This document shows positions 1 through 13,180 of a stretch of 64,000 nucleotides of DNA, in pieces. The first letter of the stretch is position 1, and every line of letters starts with the position of its first letter. The position numbers and the translations under genes were made by a program. The notes under the pieces were generated by a model that was given only the letters and a program-made list of their open reading frames with translations, ran no database searches and was not told the origin of the DNA. Source of the stretch: Octopus vulgaris. Its lineage: Eukaryota. Location of the stretch: assembly GCA_951406725.2 (NCBI GenBank), contig OX597823.1, positions 9,114,001 to 9,178,000 of the forward strand. The letters run 5' to 3'.

Positions 1-88
1 TCTCTCTTTGACTCTCTCTTTCTCTTTCTCCCTCTTTCTATTCGTTTCTTTCTTTCGTTCTCTCCCCCTATCTCTCTCTTTGTGTATA

Positions 89-483
89 TCCTTATATATA
101 AAAGTGAGGTTGTGTGCTGTCTGTCTCCTACGATTTAGATTCCTAACTACTCCCACATTTTGCGATGCAGTTTAACCAAAACCGGGTATCTTATAGTCGT
201 GATTCATATCGAGCCCTTCTGGGTATTAGCGCGCGTCTACGATGAGTCTTCGATTAAAAAAAAAATTACCATCAATTTTTCCCATTTTTAATGCACTTTT
301 GGCATATATAAGGGAAGTAACTCTCTAAAAATTTATTATTAAATCTCAGAACGTAAAAAGCTACAGTAACACCCCCACTTTGTGGTTAACCATATTGAGA
401 TGGCTATTATACTTTACATCTCTAAAAATGCTTATATAGTTATTTCCCTTACAAACCCAAGCAACGCCGGGCGATACTGCTAG
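89..483 (+). mobile_element. Non-autonomous Helitron, family A copy 1
   Basis: A|TC 5' end, CTAG|T 3' end, subterminal GC hairpin (ccc-aagcaacgcc-ggg), no TSD; three further close copies in the window. Confidence 0.85.
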
Positions 484-539
484 TCTATATATATATAGCT
501 GTGTATCTATTTATCTATTTATATTTCTATCAATCTAAC

Positions 540-568
540 TAAATGTCTGTCTGTTTATCTATCTATCA

Positions 569-636
<68 letters not shown>

Positions 637-639
637 GTA

Positions 640-706
<67 letters not shown>

Positions 707-710
707 ATAT
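540..710. repeat. (CTAT)n/(CTGT)n microsatellite
   Basis: Direct reading. Confidence 0.95.
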
Positions 711-785
711 TTATAAATACATACATGCATACATGCATACAGACAGGCAGACAGTAGACGGACATGTGTATGTATATACATAGCC

Positions 786-1138
786 GTAGGTTTGGCTTTG
801 TGGTAAGAAGTTTGTTGCCTAACCATATTCCAGTTGAGTCCATCTTGGACACCTGTTTTCTACAATAGCCTCGGGACGACCAAATCTTTGCGAGTAGATT
901 TGATAAAAAAAACCTGTATTATATTAGTATTAGTATCTGTGCAACACTGGACAATTTGTATTGGTTTGATTATGTCCCCGTAAGCTAGCTGTTCGCGAAA
1001 GCGGACTAACAAAAATATGTACTAAGCTGAAAAAAAATAAGTATGGGGATCATTTTCTCAATTTCTTTGATGAAATTCTTCAAGGCGACTCCCTAGAATG
1101 GCCGCAGTCTAATGACTGAAACACCGAAAAGGGAAAAG
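786..1138 (+). mobile_element. Degenerate tRNA-derived SINE, family B
   Basis: Aligns by eye to 47248-47676: head tggctttgtggtaag, tail ggccgcagtctaatgactgaaac. Confidence 0.7.
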
Positions 1139-1264
1139 ATATAGCCATGATAGATCGCTAGCCACTACACATTGTTTAAATTTCTCTCCTTGTTTCTTTC
1201 TGTAGAAGAGCATAAGCTCGAAACGTTAGACACTTTTACACTTCCCGAGCTTTATGCTAATGCA

Positions 1265-1340
<76 letters not shown>

Positions 1341-1343
<3 letters not shown>

Positions 1344-1801
1344 GTCCTCGTCAACTTACGACCAGGACTGCTTCTGACTAACTGGTCGTAAGTCGATTTG
1401 GTCGTAAGTCGGCCTATAGGCCGATATATCGCTTTGTCGTATATTTTTACATTCTCAAGTTACATTCTGAGGTAAAAGACACGTACTGCATTCTTTATTA
1501 TAACAATATACTTGCGATAGTAAAAGATTTTTGAGTTTCAAGCAGTCGTGTTATAAACAAATACTAGGTTGCCTCGATGGTTCGAAAACAAGATATTCAT
1601 CCAAAACTTGGGATAACTACAGTGGCGATCGATAACCAAACCCCTACGTATTGTTTGTTAGCTGACAACATCCGTAGGTGGGTGAGAAAACCTATTAAAT
1701 GTCAACTGGACTACTTATTATTGCTGCCCACAGCTGGCAGGCCAATCGCCGTAAAGTCGATCGCTCGTAACTCGGACTGGCCGAAAGTCGACGACGACCT
1801 C

Positions 1802-1803
<2 letters not shown>
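1341..1803. mobile_element. Tigger/pogo-like MITE inserted in (TA)n
   Basis: Left end caggtcctcgtcaacttacgacc resembles the reverse complement of the right end (cagaggtcgtcgtcgactttcggcc); internal ggtcgtaagtcg repeats; TA-repeat flanks. Confidence 0.6.
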
Positions 1804-1886
<83 letters not shown>

Positions 1887-1910
1887 GCATATATATATAT
1901 ATATATATAT

Positions 1911-2054
1911 ATTTATTTTATAGAAGGAGCTTCTACAGGACTAGTCTAGTCAGATCTAGTCCTGTAGAAGCGCCTTCTATAAAATAAATTAATTTACTCT
2001 GCTATGTATTGAGTACCTTATTTACTGTGGTTAACCCCGACTCAACCCGGGACC

Positions 2055-2056
<2 letters not shown>
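1911..2056. mobile_element. Penelope-type foldback module: 34-bp arms, 11-nt spacer, ~66-nt one-sided tail
   Basis: 1911-1944 is the reverse complement of 1956-1989 (1 mismatch); AATAAA...TTACTCT...GTATTGAGTAC tail motif shared with the minus strand of the 4510 module; flanked by (TA)n. Confidence 0.6.
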
Positions 2057-2098
<42 letters not shown>

Positions 2099-2441
2099 CA
2101 TACATACACACACATGCAGACACCCACACACATTTATATTTATGTAGCTGTTCGACGGTTTCAAAGAGGAATGATTTTATAATTCGATCAGTTCTATTGA
2201 ATGTCCATTGAATTATAATGCAAATCGATATAACGCAAACATTTTTTATCCTCATTATAATCCACGAGTTGTATCGGCATTACAAAGAATGTGAAACTGC
2301 AACTGTACTTTAGAAGCTCGATTGGTTCGACGCACCTTCATTCCGTCTTTTTCCAGTTCATACACAAATCATTGGTCGACCCACAACAATAAAGAGAAAA
2401 GGCTTAATGAAATATGTGATATGTTGACGTATGTATGTATA

Positions 2442-2846
2442 TTTTACTCTCTGTTTTACTTGTTTCAGTCATTTGACTGCGGCCATGCTGGAGCACCGTC
2501 TTTAGTCGAGCAAATTGACCCCAGGACTTATTCTTTGTAAGCCCAGTACTTATTCTATTAATCTCTTTTGCCGAACCGCTAAGTGACGGGGACGTAAACA
2601 CACCAGCATCGGTTGTCAAGCAATGCCAAGGGGACAAACACAGACACACATACGCACATATATATATATATATATATATATACGACGGGTTTCTTTTCAG
2701 TTTCCGCCTGCCAAATCCACTCACAAGGCTTTGGTGAGCCCGAGGCTATAGTAGAAGACACTTGTCCAAGGTGCCACACAGTGGGATTGAACCTGGAACC
2801 ATGTGGTTGGTTAGCAATCTACTTACCACACAGCCACTCCTGCACC
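2442..2846 (-). mobile_element. tRNA-derived SINE, family B (full length)
   Basis: A box TGGCTGTGTGG and B-box-like GGTTCAATCCC on the minus strand, internal (TA)/(TG) tract, hairpin tail; near-identical to other copies. Confidence 0.9.
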
Positions 2847-3022
2847 TATAATATCCCTTCTATTTTTTTTAATTATTATAAATCTTCCACTGAGGATGCA
2901 GCCGATTTGCAACAAAGATACACGGCTCCATATTTGGAATGTAGTTAAGACAGACAAAACTCACATTTGGAGCTTGAGAAAAGTCTTGCATATATTTACT
3001 GTTCCATTCACAGATTGCACTT

Positions 3023-3215
3023 GTATGTGTGTATGTATGTATGTATGTATGCATGCATATATGCATGTATGTATGTATGTGTGTATTTATGTATGCATGT
3101 ATGTATGTATGTATGTGTGTATGTATGTATGTATGGAGGTATGTATGTATGTATGTATGCATGTATAGATGCATGTATGGATGTATGTATGTGTGTATGT
3201 ATGTATGTATGTATG

Positions 3216-3247
<32 letters not shown>

Positions 3248-3295
3248 AAGGTATGTATATATGTATGTATGTATGCATGTATGTATATATGTATG
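3023..3295. repeat. (ATGT)n microsatellite
   Basis: Direct reading. Confidence 0.95.
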
Positions 3296-3526
3296 GCATT
3301 CTTCAGTTTTATTTCAAGAGTTCGTGCCAATAGAGAAACAACCGGTTTCTAACCTAGATTAAAGACTCCTTCATTGGAATTTCAAAATCAACAGAGTATT
3401 TTTGAATGTATGTATGTATCTATGTATGTATGTATATATATATATGTGTGTGTATGCGCAAATTTGTATGTTTTATGTATGTATTCTCATGCATATAGTT
3501 GCATATCTAGACATGGTCATATATAT

Positions 3527-3825
3527 TCAAATGATAAACCTCTGGAAAGTTTTACACATGTTTACATTTCCAGTGAAGGGAGGGATCTGTAGTCTTCGAT
3601 TTTGCTTTCTCATTTCTGTTTTTGAGAAGCCTAATTTCTCAAGATTGGTATTTAGGCAGTATGTGACATAACCCAGTAACCCAATAATTTCAGTTATAAA
3701 CCTGAACCTGTAGTCTGGATAGAGTATCTCCAGATTTCTCAGTAGTTCAGCGTAAGTATTCTCATTTTCACTGATCTTCAGGTATATGTTAACATCAACT
3801 GGGCAGCTGATTTCTACAACTGTAC
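3527..3825 (-). pseudogene. Non-LTR retrotransposon C-terminal restriction-like endonuclease (RLE) fragment
   Basis: CTVVEISCPVDVN...Y.EL...IIGLLGYV...LQI..FTG....K fits the C-terminus of R2/NeSL/R4-group ORFs. Confidence 0.75.
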
Positions 3826-3974
3826 ATGCATACATACATACATACATACATACAATACATACATACAATACATACATACATACATACATAGTACATACAT
3901 ACATAGATGCATACATGCATACGTACATACAACTGTTTGTTTATGTACTTACGTATGTATTCACGAATACATAA

Positions 3975-4260
3975 TCTCTGGATGTAAGGAATGGGAAATG
4001 TAAAGACTACATATGTTCCGTAGCTGAACAATGCGTGTTACATAATTTGTAACATGCACAGAACCCGTTTAGCTAACCCTCAGTCGCGACTACCATCGAG
4101 TTGCTTATACCATTACCACAATGTAAAAAAAACTTGAAGGTAATCGGTCCTGAGATTTAGCTAAACGGATTTATGCATATTACAAATTACGTAAAGCATG
4201 TTGTTTACCGAAGAAATATATGTAGTTTTTATTTACCTTTCCCATTCCTTATATTCACGA
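3975..4260. mobile_element. Degenerate palindromic (foldback) MITE-like element
   Basis: taaggaatgggaaa/tttcccattcctta, ataatttgtaa/ttacaaattac and ccgtttagctaa/ttagctaaacgg pair symmetrically around ~4115. Confidence 0.7.
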
Positions 4261-4509
4261 ATTTCTATTCGCATACTTAGCAATTTTCCTTACAAAGCCG
4301 TGAGCGTTATAATGAGACTAGAGTCAGTGAAATTCCCGTTTCTTTGATATGGGACGCAGTATGTAACATACGACAGTTATTAAACTCTCTTTATTATTTA
4401 TCATATATTGTCCAACTTTTGTCATCTGCACTCGATGTGTAAGTGACTGAAGTCTATTTAACTTCCTGTACTTGTTTCTTTCGGCTCTATCTGTCTGTCT
4501 ATCTATAAA

Positions 4510-4719
4510 TGTGAAACAAGGTGGAAAAAAGAGTACTCAAATACCAGTGGTAGAGTAATATGCTTTATTTTAAGCAGCAGAAAATTCAACAAAATCTGTT
4601 ACTCTGAGTTTCTCGTTGCCGTTCATCAGACAGTTTTTGCTAGCAGAAACTGTCTGATGAACGGCAACGAGAAACTCAGAGTAACAGATTTTGTTGAATT
4701 TTCTGCTGCTTAAAATAAA

Positions 4720-4725
<6 letters not shown>
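4510..4725. mobile_element. Penelope-type foldback: 168-bp near-perfect palindrome (4558-4725) plus 48-nt one-sided tail
   Basis: 84-bp arms, no loop, one T/G mismatch (4637/4646); each arm has a hammerhead core and AATAAA; abuts (TA)n. Confidence 0.85.
4647..4690 (+). ncRNA. Minimal type I hammerhead ribozyme (mirror copy on minus strand at 4593-4636)
   Basis: ctgt-CTGATGA-acg gcaa cga-GAA-actc a gagt-A-acag; GUA triplet with predicted cut after 4683; first stem II pair is mismatched (A/A). Confidence 0.75.
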
Positions 4726-4807
<82 letters not shown>

Positions 4808-4849
4808 TTATATACATATATGTATATATATATTTATATATATATATAA

Positions 4850-4889
<40 letters not shown>

Positions 4890-5823
4890 GTATGCAGATG
4901 TATATAGTTGACAATAGCTGACAATCCCTAAAAAGGAAATAAAAGAAGCACGTCTGCTTCATAGAGAGTTTATAAGAATATATATTTATATTGCAGTTAA
5001 TACATTTAATCAGTTTCGCGTTTGAAAGATTTTCTCAAGTGTAAGATTTACGTGAATTAGTGTTTTGTTATAAATTGTATTGCTTCAGGTCGTTTTCTCT
5101 AAAATTCATTCATTTTATATAAAGAATATAACTCAGATTTTTAACAGCGAACGTACAGATTGGTATTTTGAGGAAGATTCACGTGGTGAGTTAAGATAAT
5201 TTTTCAGTTCCTTCTCTCCTACGTCGGTATATAGAGCTCATGTGATAGCCGCAGGTGAATATCTCCTGGAGCGTTTAATCTAGAGGATACATCACCTGGT
5301 AGTCAGAGCGATCGCTATGAACAGTGTAAGTCGCACCCAATTTTTCGGCTGCCGTTGCCTCGTGGATATGTCAAGTAGCTATATTAGCTATATGAGCGGT
5401 TATTTTCTTAATTAGCAGAGGCGTTGTGAGATCTTAGCGACGTATATACAACATTGGCGAATGATGCATTCTACATTGCATTCTGGAAAATATGGACAAT
5501 TCTTATTATAAAATATCTAAAAAGGAAGGGTTACTTCGAATCTAATTAGGAATACATATCTTGTGTATACGCCTGCAGTAAAAAATTCCTGAAAACGACA
5601 AGTGAATAAAAAATACTAATTCTGTTCCTTCCATTTGCACAACATATATTCAAATACTCTGCGACTGTGTACGCGCACAAATATTAGATAAATGAACGAG
5701 GCACGCACAAATATACACACATATGGATTTACAGATACATTCTCAAGACGTATATTCATACGTATCTATCTATCTCTATATATATATATACATATATCTA
5801 TACATATATGTATATATTACATA

Positions 5824-6119
5824 TCTTTATATATAAAAGTCAAGTTCTGTGCCTGTCTCCTACGATTTAGATTCCTAACTACTCCCACATTTTGCGGTGC
5901 AGTTTAACCCAAACCGGGTATCTTATAGTCGTGATTCATATCGAGCCCTTCTGGGTATTAGCGCGCGTCTACGATGAGTCTACGATTTAAAAAAAAAATT
6001 ACCATATTTTTTTCCATTTTTAATGCATTTTTTTGCTATTTTGGGGGCTATAACTCTCTAAAAATGCTTATATAGTTATTTCCCTTACAAACCCGAGCAA
6101 CGACGGGCGATACTGCTAG
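5824..6119 (+). mobile_element. Non-autonomous Helitron, family A copy 2 (shorter variant)
   Basis: A|TC...CTAG|T; lacks the ~100 bp found between the two ctctaaaaat repeats of copy 1. Confidence 0.85.
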
Positions 6120-6133
6120 TATATATATATATG

Positions 6134-6193
<60 letters not shown>

Positions 6194-6933
6194 GCATACA
6201 TACACATGTATATATACGTGTGTGTGTGTGTGAGTGTGTTAGGAAATAGTGTAACGCTACATATACACACAACATGCATAATTCTAATGGAAACATAATT
6301 AACTCACAAGAAGATAGAAGCGTCAACCTGCCACATAATTTCTTTGAGGATCACCCGCAAATACAAAACAATCAAGAATATATAAATGTCTTTAGCTGAT
6401 TTCGAAATACATACATACATATATAAAATAAATAAAATATATATCCGAAAACAAGCACACTGTAAAGAAGAAAGCAGCAATTATTAAAACAAATAGGTAA
6501 ATACTGATTATAGAGTTACTAAAGGTAAAAGATTGATATGAAGTGAGAGTATACTGTACGCTTTATTTACCACGACGATCGTTTCGGCTTATGTTGTTAT
6601 AGGAACAAAATGTACATATTATAACACTATGTAGCCCTATGACGTTTTCTCTGCACATTGAGCTACATTCGAGTCCCTTATATCGCTTCCCTCCCAATAT
6701 GAAGTGCAGATGTAATCTGAAATGACTGTTGTGCAAAACAAACATTATAGTACACTCTGTTTTCCATATCAGTTAAAATATAGTAAACGTGCACCAAGGA
6801 ATTCCTTACGTAGATCCTGCGACTAAAGTTCAGTATCGCAGATGATACCAGGTCGATGTATGTGGTTAACTTGCTCTCAATGCGCACTACCAAGGACAGA
6901 CCCAAAACAAGGTTTGGTTACTACATTTTAAAG

Positions 6934-7609
6934 GGGTCTAGGCAAGTTTGTCTAAAACAATTTGTCTAAAATACAATTGATCTAAATGCAATTTGCCTAA
7001 AACAATTTGTCTAACACACAATCTGACTAAAAAATAAAAATTGTTTCTTTTTGATGAATTCGTTTTATTTACTCATAAATTATAATTCTTTGGGTTTATA
7101 ACTAGCTCTTAACTATTTATAAAAACATTAAGATTATTATAAGTCAAAATACATAAGAACAAAATATAGTATTTACTGAAAGGACTTATTAAATCTTAAA
7201 ATGAAATGTTGTGTGCTATACCACGAAGGTAATAAATAATATATTGTGGATCAAAATTTTGAACAAAAATGTAAATTTAGTAAACACGTTTGGCTATGGG
7301 TCTTTTCACTGCGAATAATTCCAAATGAGAAATTTGTTTTAAAAAACAATTAGTTTTTTTAGTAAACAACTAGATTTATTCCATATTATCGCAAACAACT
7401 ATTTATACTTAAAAGCATGAGTAAACGACTTTTCCTTTCCAATTCCTATGAATTCATCAAAAATGAAACAATTTTTATTTTTCAGTCAAATTGTATTTTA
7501 GAAAAATTGTTTCAGGATTAATATTGTTTTTGACAAATTGTTTTAGACAAATTGCATTTTGGTCAATTGTATTTTAGACGAATTGCTTTAGACAAACTCA
7601 CCGGATACC
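6934..7609. mobile_element. Foldback/MULE-like non-autonomous DNA transposon
   Basis: ~130-bp TIRs built from acaatttgtctaaa-like subrepeats; degenerate 9-bp TSD attttaaag (6925-6933) / attttagcg (7610-7618). Confidence 0.7.
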
Positions 7610-7660
7610 ATTTTAGCGACTCCTGTCTAATCTTTAATTCTGAAGATAACCTATGAATTC

Positions 7661-7900
7661 TTTTATTCTTTTACTTGTCTCAGTCATTTGACTGAGGTCT
7701 TGTTGGAGCACCACCTTAAAGGGTTTTCGTCGAAGAAATCGAGCCCAGCACTAATTCTTTGTAAGCCTAGTACTTATTCTATCGGTCTCTTTTGTCGAAC
7801 CGATAAATTACGGGGACGTAAACGCACCAACGTCGGTTGGCAAACTATGGCGGGGTATAAACACAGACATACACACGCACACACACACAAACACACATAT
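7661..7900 (-). mobile_element. SINE family B, 3' half
   Basis: cagtcatttgactg hairpin and tgtaagcctagtacttattctatcgg match family B. Confidence 0.8.
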
Positions 7901-8509
7901 ATTATATATATTTAAGCAAACATACACTAGTTTATGCATTTGTTTTGCAAGATTTCTGAAATGAAATCACGTGTTGCTGAAACAGATATTGTTATAATTG
8001 GGGAGGGTCATTTTGCCAATAAACACACACACCATTTTTATAAGCTTCCCTTAAATATTTTTATTGTTATTAGTTCATAATTGTCTCATCACACTTTCTT
8101 TGAGTACGTCAATGGCTATCTTTTCTTCGTTGTCGCCTTTTCTCCCTCTCGTCTTGTCCTGAATATTCCGTCTTGTTTTATGTCATTTATATTTCTATCT
8201 GATTCACATGAAGTATAATCGCTGAAAAGGTTAGAGAATGTGTGACGAAAGAAGAGAAGCAATCAAGCTAATAAGAAGATAAAAGCTACACTGCAGATCA
8301 AATAAATAGCGCACGTGTTCATTGGCAAAATGACCGGCCCCAAGTATAACAATATATGAGTAGACACACAGCGGCAACTGATGAAGGGTCGTTTCTCTGT
8401 GTTTACTTATATCCTGTTCTCCATTTTCTCTCGTTGTTTATGTATTTAACTCGTTTGTTTACGTATTTCATGTTGCTGCACAATGGGTACCAATATTTGT
8501 ATCCATATA

Positions 8510-8554
<45 letters not shown>

Positions 8555-8557
<3 letters not shown>

Positions 8558-8848
8558 CGTGATCACCGTGACCGACCAGGCTATCAGATGTTGCTACACA
8601 TCGCTGGTCACAATGCGCTTTGCATTGTTTTAGCCTTCAAATGACGCCACCCCGCTGACTAAGCGAGCAGGCCAACAGAAGAAAGAGTGAGAGAAAGTTG
8701 TGGCGAAAGAGTACAGCAAAGATCGCCACCACCCCCTGCCGGAGCCTCGTGGAGCTTAAGGTGTTTTCGCTCAATAAGCACTCACAACGCCCGGTCTGGG
8801 AATCGACCGCGAGTCCGCTGCCCTAACCACTAGGCCATTGCGCCTCCA
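8555..8848 (-). mobile_element. tRNA-derived SINE: head 1 + tail Y
   Basis: Head shared with 13827 (gtggaggcgcaatggc...); 3' part (...ctgatagcctggtcggtcacggtgatcacggtg) is unrelated to tail X. Confidence 0.85.
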
Positions 8849-8887
8849 CACACACATATATATATATATATAGAGAGAGAGAGAGTG

Positions 8888-8952
<65 letters not shown>

Positions 8953-9334
8953 CATACATACATACATACATACATACATACATACATACATACATACATA
9001 CATACATACATGCATACATACATATATGTATATGTATATATATATATACTCACACACACACACAGATACACAGACACACAAACACACAAACACACACACA
9101 CACTCACACACACATATATATACAGATATTTCCTAAACAAAAACGTTTACATAGCACAAATATATATACATGTATTATATGCATACATATGGTTTATATA
9201 TATGTGTGTGTATTGATGTTTATATTACTACACACATATGTATGTATATAAGCACTCTAACATTACACGTAGAAGCATATAACCCCTCCACATACACACG
9301 CGCGCACACACACACACACGGTCTGACTAATATA

Positions 9335-10541
9335 TTGGGTTGGTAAGAAAGTAATTTCAGTGTTTTAGTGTGAAAGAAAAGTAATTTTTTTTCATACAAA
9401 AATAAACTTTAATCAGTTATATATTTTCCATTTTCTTCGATGGCTTTTTGCCATCTATCTGACGTCTTCATGATTCAGCTCCCATATAACTTCTAGTTCT
9501 TATCAGCCAAAAACTGAAGTAAATACGATGTCAAGCCATCATTAGTATTGAAAGATTTTACAAGACTCAAAGAATTTTGCAAATTTCGAAATATATGGTA
9601 ATCTGATGGAGCAAGGTCAGGGCTATATGATGGATATGACATCACTTCCCAACCAAGCTCCAGTAATTTTTCACGTTGTCATAGTGGAACACGATTCATC
9701 TGCGATTTTCCAATTCTGGCGTTTGTCTTTGATTTCCTCCTCTAGTTTCATTAGCTGTTGACAGTAAACATCTGAATTGATCGTTCCCTAGAAACAGCTC
9801 AGAATACATAGCACCATTATAACCCCGCTTAATTGACAGCGTGACCTTTTTTGATGCAATTCAGCTATCGATGTTGTTTGTGCTGGTTCATTACGCTTGG
9901 ATCACATTCGTTTTCGATTGATGTTATCGTAGACAATCTATTTTTCATCCCCAGTGGTGATTCGTTTCAAAAAAGGTCGATTACCTTGCATTTGAGATAC
10001 ATATCGCAAATATAAACTCGTTGTGTTAAGTGCATCTCTTTCAATTTATTTTAGGTGGAACTCAAATACCGAGCTTCTTAACGAATCCAAGACATTTTAA
10101 GTGATTTTCAATTGTTATGTGTGATACATTTAACCTCTCTGCAACCTTTGCACAGTTATATGACAAATACAAATATGGCTTTGATTCAATCATCATCAGC
10201 TTCAGTACGTCGACCAGAACGTTGGTCATCTTTGAGTGAAAAGTCTCCAGAACGGAAGTTCTTAAACCATTTCGGACATGTGTGTTCTGTGAAGCTGTCA
10301 ACAGCATCGTTGCGTTGTTGCCTTTATTGAATACATAAAGCAAAATATGTCGAATATGCTCCTTTGTCACTTCTTTTATAGCTTTGAAAAAATACCTGTT
10401 AAAATCGACCTGCACTCTTCAAAACTTTCACTAAGTATAGGGTCATGGTAAAATTATTACCTGCTTCTATACTAAGTTCATGGAAGTAGTTTTTTTAGCT
10501 CATGCAATTGAAAGAACCGCATTATTTATTGGATGACTCAA
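9335..10541 (-). mobile_element. Mariner transposon, decayed near-full-length copy
   Basis: TA-flanked degenerate TIRs (ttgggttggtaagaaagtaat / attatttattggatgactcaa); minus-strand motifs KEHIRHILLY, ITTGDEK*IVYDN, YSPDLAPSDY; stops and frameshifts. Confidence 0.9.
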
Positions 10542-11274
10542 TATATGTAATAAATAAGTGGGTTACAAGTGAGTGTGGGTGAGTTTGGAACATGTCCATT
10601 GTCAATAGAATGCTTTAAATACCATAACATAGAATTCGTGTTCAACAGAATGTCTCTTGCTGAGTTGCAGAATATCTAAGACATCCCTCAACCCATCCTA
10701 CACTTTCCAATCTCAAAATTTACCATTATATAGATAAGACTCGGCTTTTATTTCAAGACTTACATAAATGAAAGAAATATTTCGTTCATGATAATCTACA
10801 GGATGCCATTTTGTAAATTTGCTATTGGATTTTGTTTCACATTTGTACGTTAATGACTGTCATTCATTCCATGGAAGTGAATTGGTGAAAAGTGGATAAC
10901 CACAGATTGTATTTCCTTTCAATATTATTTTATTAAAAGCTTCAATACTGTCGAAGTCAGCCTTTTCTTTTATTTCTCTCGAGTCAGCGATATATGCGCT
11001 AGTTTGTTTATTTATTTATTTTTCTATGAGGGAGTCCCTTCGTTGTTTGCTTTGACTTCCTAGAAATAGAACTCCAATATACTTCGAACCACACTTTAAT
11101 GCTTTATTAAAAGAGGATTTCCCAGGAAAAGATTTTTTTCTTAGGGGGATGAGGGAAGAGGTGCCCCACCCTGGTATTCTGAATGGTCGCCTGGTGAAGT
11201 TTAGAATGTTCTTTGATCTTAGTTTTACTTTATCAGAGCTGGCATGCGGATAAATCGCATTAGCAGCAGCGTTA

Positions 11275-11667
11275 ACAACAACAACAACAACGACGACGAC
11301 GAAAACAACAACAACAACAACACTGTCAATAATGACATCAGCTCTAACTTCTAGACTAGCACCACCACGAACACCAACACCACCCCAATACCATCACGAA
11401 GACCAATGACAACAACAGCACTAACAGCACTAACCACCCTACAACTACCACCAGCTACACACTAACACCCACATCACTACCATCACCAATACCAATACCA
11501 CTTCCAACACGACCACCAGCAACAACGACAACACTTGCAACAATAACAACAACACCAACGCAACAAATACGACGACCAACACCACCCCCATCATTAACAA
11601 CAACACCATCAATACCAATACTACCACCACCACCACTAACACCACTAAGACCACCACAATCCTCTTT

Positions 11668-11702
<35 letters not shown>

Positions 11703-11730
11703 TCATTACAACCACCAACAACAACAGCAA
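11275..11730. repeat. (AAC)/(ACC)/(ACT) trinucleotide low-complexity tract
   Basis: Direct reading. Confidence 0.9.
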
Positions 11731-12784
11731 TAGCCGTTCAATAATTTGGACCTGGAGATCTCCATTTCCAGCCACTTCGAGGGCCACCTCCCAGTGGTTT
11801 CGGGCGTGAATGAAGAGCCCTCGACTACAAGAAGGCTAAAGTTTTATTTCCAAGGTCTGGTGTCTCCCGACCCTAAGCCCTAGACTATCACCTAATCACC
11901 CTTACCCGTCTTGTTGCGTAACAACAACAACCAACAAGAGCAACAAAAATGAGAAGACTAAAAGTTATATGATTTAGTATTTCAGGGTGCGCCTCTCCTG
12001 ATAACAGTTAGTGAAGACACATCCTCATCTTATATTCTTTGTTTAGGTATTTACTTCACCAAATAATATATTTTTTTCTCGCTGGTAGTAAGATATGTCT
12101 TGGTACAGTTAGTAATATATATTTAGTATTTAAAATTTGAAGTAACATATAAGTGATGCTATGATGCATCCTTAGCGATATTTCCATGTCATTGAGCAAT
12201 AGATCATCTCGCCCATTTAACTCGACCGGGGTTGATCTATTCCCGCCTTGCATTATGGCCATGATTATTACCGTGGTTGCGATTGTGAGGGACACTGTTG
12301 GAGCAAGCAAGCAAGCGCTTAGTGTTTTCAAAGGTGTGACTTGAGCAATTCACTTAGGCCAGTTGAGAGAGCGAGAGAGTCGAAGCTGTCAAATTTGATA
12401 GATGGGTTAGTAATTCCTAAGTTATTTAGGTATTGTGTGAGAGGCTGAATGAACCGATTGCTGCTTTGTCATGCTCAGAATAATAAACACATCCTACACG
12501 TGAATGAATTATATTGGAGTAAAATAATCACATAGTTGACTCACTGGGAACTGCTACTTATGGGGAGAGTGAGAGTGCGCGCGGGTTATTTAAGGGAAGA
12601 CAATCGTTTCTAGGTATATTTTCCTTATGTTGAGAAATCATTATCAGAGAGTTGCACTTTACCACATTTACGTAGAAACTTTGTAAGGAAGCATCTAGTG
12701 TAAAGGAAGATATGTGTGGGTATGGGTATATATACATATGTGTATGTATATATATATATATATATATAAATTAATAAATAAATA

Positions 12785-12835
<51 letters not shown>

Positions 12836-12846
12836 TAAATAAATAA

Positions 12847-12878
<32 letters not shown>

Positions 12879-12891
12879 ATATATATATATG

Positions 12892-13180
12892 ATAAAATAC
12901 AAAATGGTACAAGAACGCAAAACATCCGGACACGTAGGGGATACAAAAAGGGGCAACAGACCATCCAGATAGACGATACAAAGAAAACAAGGACGAGTCA
13001 TTCGAAGCCTTTTATCTTCAGTCAAGAACCGGATCATCCTCGCAATTTCGGCTGATTAATCTTGAGATTGCTCCAATCTGGCCAGCCCCAAAGAAAAACT
13101 AACCTAAGAGCATTAGATTCCTTGGAAAGAAGCATCGAATGTATACGGAAACAGGGACGGAAAAACAGAAGATGTTACAA
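12892..13180 (-). mobile_element. Dispersed repeat family F (unclassified, possibly Penelope pLTR-like)
   Basis: Reverse complement matches 62590-62857; both copies lie in (TA)n/(TG)n tracts. Confidence 0.7.

Noticed and set aside
5000-5047. Minus-strand TTGAGAA...GAAAC hammerhead variant
   Set aside because: Stems II and III do not pair.
5148-5331. Apparent exons with AG/GTGAGT and GTAAGT signals
   Set aside because: The implied intron is only ~22 nt and the second block has stops in all three frames.
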